DNA of 59,650 nt, the filler included. It is 3 parts of 3 records of this genome, joined end to end, with 100 filler letters (N's around TTAATTAATTAA, not from the genome) between each part and the next. Parts side by side here need not be neighbours in the genome. Positions count along the whole stretch, not along the records: positions 37,237 to 59,650 come from SRR20825019_1187; 2 more parts are not named here. The stretch is one strand, 5' to 3'. Every line of letters begins with the position of its first letter. Position 1 is the first letter of the stretch. The translations under genes were made by a program, and so were the position numbers. Below the pieces are notes generated by a model. It saw nothing but the letters and a program-made list of their open reading frames with translations, was not told the origin of the DNA and did no database searches. Positions 52,346-59,650 of the stretch are shown one piece after another.

Positions 52346-53578
52346 CTAGCTGCGATAATCCGCGTTGATGCTGATATAGCCGTGGGTCAGATCGCAGGTC
52401 CAGACGGTGGCTTTTCCGTCTCCGGTACCGACATTGACGTCGATGCCGATTTCCCGCCCCTTCAGATGGGCAGCCACCGGCGCTTCGTCATAATCCGGGT
52501 TCCGCTTGCCATCGACGGCAATATCCACCCCGCCGAAGCCGATGCTGATCCGGGACACATCAATCGGCTGCTCGGACTTGCCGACCGCCATGACCACACG
52601 CCCCCAGTTTGCGTCCTCGCCCGCGATGGCCGTTTTCACCAGCGGTGAATTGGCGATCGAAAGAGCGATCTTGCGGGCGGATTCATCAGACACGGCGCCC
52701 GTCACCCGGACCTCGATCAGCTTCTGCGCACCCTCGCCGTCACGCACAACGAGAAGGGCAAGCTCCCGCAGGACTGTTTCCAAAGCCTGCTTGAATCCCT
52801 CAAGAGACGGATCCGACACCGAAGCCGGAGCCGCGTTGCCGGCGGCACCGGTCGCGAACAGCAGCAGAGTGTCGCTGGTCGAGGTATCGCTGTCGACGGT
52901 GATGGAGTTGAAGGTTCTGTCGATCGCCGGGGACAGAATCTCCTGCAGGATCGCCGCCGGGACTGCCGCGTCGGTGAAAACGAAGCTCAGCATCGTCGCC
53001 ATGTTCGGCTGCACCATGCCGGAGCCCTTCGCGATACCGGCGATGGTCACGGTCTTGCCACCGATCTCGGCCGTGGCACTGGCGCCCTTCGCAAAGGTAT
53101 CCGTCGTGCGGATCGCGCCCGCCGCCGCATCCCAGCCATTGTCAGTCAGCTTGGCTTTCGCATCCGGCAGTTTGGCGATGATCTTGTCATGCGGCAGGAT
53201 CTCGCCGATCACCCCCGTCGAGGCGATGAAAACCTCGTCCGGTGCGCAGCCGAGAACACCCGCAGCGGCAGATGCCGTTTCCCGCACCGAGGCATCGCCG
53301 ATGGCGCCGGTGAAGACATTCGCATTCCCGGCATTGACGACGAGCCCGCGTCCGCTGCCCCGGACCAGGATTTCCCGGCACCAGGTCACGGGCGCGCCCG
53401 GTGTGGTCGAGCGCGTCAACGTACCGGCGACGGTGGTGCCCGGCGCAAGTTCGGCCACCAGCACGTCGTCACGGTTCTTGTATTTGATCCCGGACGAAAC
53501 CGTGGCTGTACGCACGCCGGCAATCGCCGGAAGGGTTGGAAAGCTGTCCGGAGCGAGCGGCGAAACCTGGTCGGTCAT
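52346..53578 (-). CDS. argJ: Glutamate/ornithine acetyltransferase
   Basis: NAGNAN, STGVIG, TTDT, AKGSGM..PNMATML, DSDTSTSD, DGEGA, NWGR, YISINADYRS. Confidence 0.96.
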   Translation of the reverse strand: MTDQVSPLAPDSFPTLPAIAGVRTATVSSGIKYKNRDDVLVAELAPGTTVAGTLTRSTTPGAPVTWCREILVRGSGRGLVVNAGNANVFTGAIGDASVRETASAAAGVLGCAPDEVFIASTGVIGEILPHDKIIAKLPDAKAKLTDNGWDAAAGAIRTTDTFAKGASATAEIGGKTVTIAGIAKGSGMVQPNMATMLSFVFTDAAVPAAILQEILSPAIDRTFNSITVDSDTSTSDTLLLFATGAAGNAAPASVSDPSLEGFKQALETVLRELALLVVRDGEGAQKLIEVRVTGAVSDESARKIALSIANSPLVKTAIAGEDANWGRVVMAVGKSEQPIDVSRISIGFGGVDIAVDGKRNPDYDEAPVAAHLKGREIGIDVNVGTGDGKATVWTCDLTHGYISINADYRS

Positions 53579-53612
53579 GATCGGAATCCCAAGGAAACGA
53601 TGTCGATGAAAA

Positions 53613-54542
53613 CTACTTTGTCTGAAGCGCGGAGCCATCCGGCCCGTAACGCTTGATATCAACGCCGGCCCGGAGTTCCTCGATAGCCTTCGTCAGGATT
53701 TCACGGGTCATTTCCTGCGCCAGCTGCGGCTGCATCTGCTCGAAGCTCGGCGGCTGCACGGCGCGCCGGTCCTCAACCTTGATAACATGCCAGCCGAACT
53801 GGGTCTGTACCGGCGCCTCGGTGATTTCACCCGGCTTCAGGGCAAAGGCGGCCTCGGAGAATTCGGGGACCATGGCTTCGGCGGTGAAGTAGCCAAGATC
53901 GCCGCCGCTGGTGCCGGACGGGCCGGTGGATTTTTCCGCTGCGAGCTCGGCGAAATCGGCGCCCTTCTTCAACTCTTCGATAATGGCTTTCGCGTCTTCT
54001 TCGCTGGCAACCAGAATATGCCGGGCCTTGACTTCCTCACCCTGCTCCGCGCTGTCCTTGATGCTCTCTTCATAGCGCTTGCGCAGTGCGTCTTCGCCTA
54101 CCGTCTCCTTCACCTTTTCGGTCATGTAGACCTCTGAGATGATGCCGGATTCCGCCTGTTCCACACGTTCCTTGACGTCCGCGCGATCCTGAATGCCAGC
54201 TTCGCGCGCTGCGGCGGCGATCAGGCGTGAATCAATCACCCGGTCCAGCATCGGCGGATAGATCTGCTCCATCGGCGCCTGCTGATATTGCTGCGGGAGC
54301 TGCTGGATCTGCAGGAGAATTTCCGAAAGGTAGATCTCCTCCCCGTCGACGGTGGCGACGACGGTTGTTGCCGGATCGATCGCGGCCTGCGCGGCCGGCT
54401 TGGTCTCGGGCGTAGCGCTCGTGCTCTGCGCAGCCGCCGGAAGGGCCAGAGTCATCCCCAGGGCCAGTACGGGAAGCATCGCCGTCAGCGAGACGCGCAA
54501 GGCCGGGACGCACAGTTCAGGCCGGAAGCGGGAATGTTTCAT
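53613..54542 (-). CDS. Periplasmic parvulin-type peptidyl-prolyl isomerase
   Basis: Signal peptide; KARHILV, FAELA, GGDLG, MVPEF, PVQTQFGWHVIK. Confidence 0.93.
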   Translation of the reverse strand: MKHSRFRPELCVPALRVSLTAMLPVLALGMTLALPAAAQSTSATPETKPAAQAAIDPATTVVATVDGEEIYLSEILLQIQQLPQQYQQAPMEQIYPPMLDRVIDSRLIAAAAREAGIQDRADVKERVEQAESGIISEVYMTEKVKETVGEDALRKRYEESIKDSAEQGEEVKARHILVASEEDAKAIIEELKKGADFAELAAEKSTGPSGTSGGDLGYFTAEAMVPEFSEAAFALKPGEITEAPVQTQFGWHVIKVEDRRAVQPPSFEQMQPQLAQEMTREILTKAIEELRAGVDIKRYGPDGSALQTK

Positions 54543-54703
54543 GGAAGCGCCTTTCACCGGACCTTCGGCCCGCGATTTGTTCTGAAGAATGACGCGGGAG
54601 CCCGGCTTCCGCGCGACGAGCAGCCCTATCAGATCGACCAGAGAGCGGCAAGACGCGTTTGCGGCCTGCAGTATGACAAATGCGCGGGGAGCGGGGCTGG
54701 GTA

Positions 54704-55612
54704 TCAGGGCTTGCGGAACGGCAGGATAAGATCGAAACGCAGCCATTCCGCCGGCGCGCGATGGTCGGAGAAATCGCTGTTATCCGCCCGGATCAGCACG
54801 ATGGCGCCTTCGGTGTCCTCGCTGCCGCCGAAATGCGGCAGATCCCGCCGGACGGTCTCGATAATCCTGTTGGCGATGGCCGCGCCGTGAGTGCCGGTAT
54901 CTACGAAAATTCCCGGCCGCGCATCATGCACAGCCCCGTTACCGCGCACGTCGAACACGACACCGGTTGCCCGCATGTCTATGCGGTCCAGAAAATCGGC
55001 CGCCCCGATCTCGATCGCCGCCGTGCCGCGCAACCCGTCATAGCGCACGGAAATATTCTCGAACGCGAGACCGAGCGGGTTGCTGTTCGCACTTCCTGTT
55101 TTCCGCAGATAGCGTTCCCGTCCGAGCCGCACCGCACTCAGCGCGGCGATATGAAAGCGCCGCTCGACGTCATGGGCGGCATTGTCCGGAACCTGCATGA
55201 GGCCATGCACAAGCAACCCGACATTGCTGACAGCGCGGCGGATCAGGCTGCTGAGATCTTCCGTCAACAGAACCGCCGTGGACCGGGAAATCAGCACATC
55301 GTCAGAGCTCGCCAAAGAAGATGACGTTGCCGCACTCGCATACGCATTTGCCCCATAGGGCGAGCGGGACGGCGGCCGTACAGGCGTACTGGCCGGCGCA
55401 TTGGAGAGGCGCACATCAACGCTATCATCATCATTCGGGGACTGCTTTTGATCGTGATCAGAGGATTGATTGCCCGCACCATTCTCGTCACGCCGTTCTT
55501 CACGGCGCGGCACAACTCTCTGATTAAGCGCCTCTCCAGCAACCTGGCGGCTTCTCCGCGCTGCTGTCGGCGCGATCACCCCGGACGTGTATCCGGTGAT
55601 CCGATCAATCAT
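54704..55612 (-). CDS. Hypothetical protein
   Basis: 302-aa ORF with SD; disordered N-half, beta-rich C-half. Confidence 0.65.
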   Translation of the reverse strand: MIDRITGYTSGVIAPTAARRSRQVAGEALNQRVVPRREERRDENGAGNQSSDHDQKQSPNDDDSVDVRLSNAPASTPVRPPSRSPYGANAYASAATSSSLASSDDVLISRSTAVLLTEDLSSLIRRAVSNVGLLVHGLMQVPDNAAHDVERRFHIAALSAVRLGRERYLRKTGSANSNPLGLAFENISVRYDGLRGTAAIEIGAADFLDRIDMRATGVVFDVRGNGAVHDARPGIFVDTGTHGAAIANRIIETVRRDLPHFGGSEDTEGAIVLIRADNSDFSDHRAPAEWLRFDLILPFRKP

Positions 55613-55846
55613 GCGCTCACCCTTTCTAGGCAATGCATCGCGTGCATTAACGAATTTTAATCTAAATTAATCGTAATTTCTAATTATCTCCAGAAATCGA
55701 TTTTCATTAAAATGAAGACCTAATATATCACGCATTGCAGCTTAATTCACACCCATACCGCGAACACTCGGCGGCGCCCCGCGATTCATGGCAGCGGAGC
55801 GCCTTCGCCGGACCAGGACAAGAAACACGGCGCGGCCGAGGGGGTA

Positions 55847-56992
55847 TCAGCGAAAAGCCACGGAATTCCGTGTCAGGTCCTTGACGTTGCTGCAGCCCAT
55901 CAGCCGCATGTCACGCTCTATTTCCGCCTTCATCAGGGTGAGAGCCCGCTCAACACCAGGCTGTCCGGCTGCCGCAAGCGGATAGAGATAGAAGCGTCCG
56001 CCGCCCACCGCCTTGGCGCCGAGCGAAAGTGCCTTCAGGACATGGGTACCGCGCTGCACTCCGCTATCCATGATGACATCGATCCGGTCGCCGACCGCCT
56101 GCACGATGGCGTCGAGCTGATCGAAAGAAGAGCGTGAGCCATCGAGCTGCCGGCCTCCATGGTTCGAGATCACGATGCCGGTGCAACCGATATCGGCCGC
56201 CTTCTTCGCGTCCTCGACTGACATCACGCCCTTCAGGCAGAACTGCCCGTCCCAGAGCTCGACCATCTTGGCGACATCGTCCCAGGTCATCGAGGGATCG
56301 AGCATCTCGGTGAAATAGCGCCCGATGGACATTGCCCCGCCGCCCATATCCACATGCTCGTCGAGCTGCGGCAATTTGAAGCCCTCATGGGTCAGGTAGT
56401 TGATGCCCCACATCGGCTTCAGCGCGAATTGCAGCATGCCCTCGAGAGTGAGCCGGAAAGGAATGGAGAAGCCGGTCCTGAGATCGCGCTCCCGGTTACC
56501 GCCGGTGATGCTGTCCACGGTCAGCATCATGACATTGATCCCGGCTTCCTTGGCCCGCTCCATCATCGCCTTGTTCAGGCCCCGGTCCTTGTGGAAGTAG
56601 AACTGGTAGCATTGCGGGTTATCGTGCTTACGCCGCAGCTCCTCGAGGCTGACCGTGCCGAGAGAGGAAACCCCGAACATGGTCCCAAACTTCGCCGCCG
56701 CCGCGGCTACGGCCCGCTCGCCGTCATGATGGAACAGCCGCTGCAGGGCCGTCGGCGAGCAGTAAATCGGCATGGCGAGCTTCTGCCCCATCACCGTCAC
56801 CGACATATCAACATCCGCCACCCCGCGCAGGATGTTCGGCACTAGATCGCAGCGCTCGAAACTCTCCGTATTACGCCGGTAGGTCACCTCGTCATCGGCG
56901 GCCCCGTCGATATAGTTAAAGATCGGACTGGGCAAACGCCGGCGCGCCAGCTCCCGGAAGTCCTGGAAGTTATGACAATCGGAAAGTCTCAT
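55847..56992 (-). CDS. lldD: FMN-dependent alpha-hydroxy-acid oxidase (L-lactate dehydrogenase-like)
   Basis: YIDGAADDE, LTVD, NRERD, LKG, SNHGGRQLDG, DSGVQRGTHVLKAL. Confidence 0.9.
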   Translation of the reverse strand: MRLSDCHNFQDFRELARRRLPSPIFNYIDGAADDEVTYRRNTESFERCDLVPNILRGVADVDMSVTVMGQKLAMPIYCSPTALQRLFHHDGERAVAAAAAKFGTMFGVSSLGTVSLEELRRKHDNPQCYQFYFHKDRGLNKAMMERAKEAGINVMMLTVDSITGGNRERDLRTGFSIPFRLTLEGMLQFALKPMWGINYLTHEGFKLPQLDEHVDMGGGAMSIGRYFTEMLDPSMTWDDVAKMVELWDGQFCLKGVMSVEDAKKAADIGCTGIVISNHGGRQLDGSRSSFDQLDAIVQAVGDRIDVIMDSGVQRGTHVLKALSLGAKAVGGGRFYLYPLAAAGQPGVERALTLMKAEIERDMRLMGCSNVKDLTRNSVAFR

Positions 56993-57312
56993 TTTTCCTC
57001 GCACGCCATGGCCATGGTGATCGGTGACGTCAGTGCTAAACCAAGTTGAGGCGGCGTGTAACGGGAAATTCACAGATAGGGATGGCAGAGTTTGAACGCC
57101 GGAATTATCTGGAATAGTCGCCGATCATCTTTGTCGGCACTCGATGTGGCCTGCCGTCAATTGCTTCTCTACGATACAAGATGAGCGAGGTTGCGCACGT
57201 AAAGCGTTCCACGTCGACATCACGCAAGAAGCCGGGAGAAATAAGTCGCGCACCCCTTAATTTTGTGCGCGGTGAAACTTGGCGAAACATCAACTATTGA
57301 AATGTATTGCAA

Positions 57313-58500
57313 ATGATTCTGTCCGAAACTCCAGCCCAATTTCACGACCGGCTCCGATTGAACCAGGCTTCAAAAAGCGAGTGTGTTGCTGCTGTCGATG
57401 CGTCCATCGCAAACAAACGGCCACTAGAAGCAATCTATATTCTCGATCGCGCTCTGGTGCGCTTCCCGTCGAGCAAATTTCTGCACACACGCGTTTCCGA
57501 CTTAGTGGGTAGCTTGATGAATTCCGTCGGCTCCGCGAAGGAAATGTTGGACCTTCAACCCATGGCAAAGGAAGATTTTTCTGAAATATTCAATAAGGTA
57601 GAAAATAGATTTCTTCCTCTGCACGGCGTCAACTCCACAGAATGGACAGATAATATATTCTTGAATTGTGTGATTTTTAAAACAATGTGCATGATGATAG
57701 ACAATGAAGAACCCATATGGAACGTTTTAGCCCGGTTATCTGAGGAATTTGGCAGACGTTCCGCTAATATCAACTTTGGAGGAACGGCAAGCTCCGCTGA
57801 AATTAAAAACAATATTGCAAAAATTTTAATTGGTGGTAATGTTGTAAAACATCATATTTCGAACAACTTCATTGACTTCAGGATTAAGTACTTTTTTGCA
57901 CACGAGCCGGGCCTACTACGATTGATATCTTCATTTAATCATGATGATATTTTCATCGATATCGGAGCTAATATTGGATCTTTTTCGATCGTTGCTGCAA
58001 AGGCGAAAAAATGTCGCGTATTTTCACTCGAACCATATTCCGTTAATTATTCAGAATTACAAAGAAACATCTCCCTCAATAACGCCACCAACTTGGTAAC
58101 CCCGCTTCGCGTAGCACTTTCTGATACAACCAAAGAAGGGGCACTATCGTATCAGCGTCAATATCCAGGCGCTGCGACACAGACCTTCGACGGCTCGGAT
58201 ACTGATGCAGCCCAGAACGGAAATTCCATAGAGCAGGTACAAGGATATCGCCTTGATGACCTTATTTCCGAAGGCCTCGTTGATTTCCCGAACCATATCA
58301 AGATCGATGTCGACGGCACCGAACATCAAATTATCGCGGGAATGCAACATACGCTGAACGACCCTCGACTTCGCTCGATCCGATTGGAAATTCGCCTTGA
58401 GGACCCCCTAAACGCCGCAGCACTTCGCACCATCGAAGCGGCCGGGTTCACGTGCAAAATCGGTGATGATCTGAAGAACATGAATTGCTTACGGGATTAA
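57313..58500 (+). CDS. FkbM family methyltransferase with N-terminal helical extension, low GC
   Basis: FIDIGANIGSFS, LEP, RLDDL, PNHIKIDVDGTE; AT-rich codons. Confidence 0.88.
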   Translation: MILSETPAQFHDRLRLNQASKSECVAAVDASIANKRPLEAIYILDRALVRFPSSKFLHTRVSDLVGSLMNSVGSAKEMLDLQPMAKEDFSEIFNKVENRFLPLHGVNSTEWTDNIFLNCVIFKTMCMMIDNEEPIWNVLARLSEEFGRRSANINFGGTASSAEIKNNIAKILIGGNVVKHHISNNFIDFRIKYFFAHEPGLLRLISSFNHDDIFIDIGANIGSFSIVAAKAKKCRVFSLEPYSVNYSELQRNISLNNATNLVTPLRVALSDTTKEGALSYQRQYPGAATQTFDGSDTDAAQNGNSIEQVQGYRLDDLISEGLVDFPNHIKIDVDGTEHQIIAGMQHTLNDPRLRSIRLEIRLEDPLNAAALRTIEAAGFTCKIGDDLKNMNCLRD

Positions 58501-58688
58501 TGCAAAAGAGCGTTTCGAGGACCAGCTCACGCACGCTGAAATTGTCGCGCAGAAACATGCCTCCCGCCATCGGGCACATCTGACCAAGCGCTCCTCTGGG
58601 TCGCCCGCGTTGACAGAGTTTGCGCGACCCCCTATCTGTCAGCCACCCGGTTTATAGCCGGGTACCCGTTTCCATATCAGAGGTCGGC

Positions 58689-59650
58689 ATGTTCGGCGCA
58701 CTCGCCAAGGCCATCTTCGGCTCGGAAAACGAGCGGATACTCAAACGTCTGCAAAAAACCGTCGACGCGATCAACGCGCTGGAGCCCGAAATTTCGGCGC
58801 TCGACGATACGGCTCTTGCAGGCAAGACCGATGCATTCCGGCAGCGCCTGAAAGACGGGGAAAGTCTCGACGACATTCTGCCCGAAGCCTTCGCGACTGT
58901 TCGCGAAGCGGCGAAGCGGACGCTCGGTCAGAGGCATTTCGATGTTCAGCTGCTCGGCGGCCTGGTGCTGCATCAGGGCCGGATCGCGGAGATGAAGACC
59001 GGTGAGGGCAAGACCCTTGTCGCCACTCTCGCCGTCTATCTGAACGCCCTCGAGGGCAAGGGCGTCCACGTTGTCACCGTGAACGACTATCTGGCCAAAC
59101 GCGACGCCGGCTGGATGAGCCAGGTCTACAATTTCCTCGGTCTGTCGACCGGCTGCATCGTGCATGGACTGACCGATGCCGAGCGCAAGGCAGCCTACGC
59201 GTCGGACGTGACCTACGGCACCAACAACGAATTCGGTTTCGACTATCTGCGCGACAACATGAAGTTCCGGCTGGAAGATATGGTCCAGCGCGACTTCAAT
59301 TTCGCCATCGTCGATGAAGTCGACTCGATCCTGGTCGATGAAGCACGGACCCCGCTGATCATCTCCGGCCCGGCCGAGGACAGCTCTGCGACATACACCG
59401 CCATGAATGCCGTGATCCCCGGACTGGTTCCGGAAGATTACGAAAAGGACGAGAAGCAGCGCACGGTGGCCTTCACCGAAGCCGGCCAGGAGCATATCGA
59501 AATGCTGCTGAGCGAGGCCGGCATGCTTGAAGAGGGTGGCCTCTACGACATCAACAATATCTCGCTGGTGCACCACGCCAACCAGGCGCTCCGGGCGCAT
59601 CACCTCTTCGCCAGGGACACGGATTACATCGTCAAGGACGACAAGGTCGT
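58689..59650 (+). CDS. secA: Preprotein translocase ATPase (5' part; runs off the window, absent from the ORF track)
   Basis: [16 protein letters not shown]..., [58 protein letters not shown]. Confidence 0.97.
   Translation, partial: MFGALAKAIFGSENERILKRLQKTVDAINALEPEISALDDTALAGKTDAFRQRLKDGESLDDILPEAFATVREAAKRTLGQRHFDVQLLGGLVLHQGRIAEMKTGEGKTLVATLAVYLNALEGKGVHVVTVNDYLAKRDAGWMSQVYNFLGLSTGCIVHGLTDAERKAAYASDVTYGTNNEFGFDYLRDNMKFRLEDMVQRDFNFAIVDEVDSILVDEARTPLIISGPAEDSSATYTAMNAVIPGLVPEDYEKDEKQRTVAFTEAGQEHIEMLLSEAGMLEEGGLYDINNISLVHHANQALRAHHLFARDTDYIVKDDKV

Noticed and set aside
55647-55670. CtrA box
   Set aside because: TTAA spacing is N6 rather than the N7 consensus
13246-59650. CRISPR array, prophage, integrase or IS transposase
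   Set aside because: No repeat-spacer periodicity or mobility motifs seen by eye

Overview
The window is three contigs joined by two artificial 100-nt linkers (N44-TTAATTAATTAA-N44 at 13146-13245 and 37137-37236). Contig 1 (1-13145) is eukaryotic. It holds a ~10.8 kb gene with many short GT-AG introns encoding 42-residue TPR repeats, a beta-propeller-like block and a U-box, plus a divergent spliced gene fragment and a truncated tRNA. Contigs 2 and 3 are GC-rich alphaproteobacterial (Rhodospirillales-like) chromosome. Contig 2 carries an MttB-family methyltransferase, a lower-GC ~1488-aa Mrr-like nuclease/STAND NTPase/helical-repeat protein (Avs/NLR-like anti-phage candidate) starting 1 nt after a housekeeping stop codon, redox genes, soxBDAG and a non-heme chloroperoxidase. 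Contig 3 carries queA-yhhQ preceded by an unexplained twin-hairpin leader (riboswitch candidate), two paralogous small proteins with TGC-N3-GCA boxes, benzoate-CoA ligase/flavodoxin/BzdR-BoxR, an AmmeMemoRadiSam system, a class III cyclase, GGT, and the mutT-argJ-ppi-secA locus interrupted by three extra genes. All calls come from reading motifs by eye; no searches were run.
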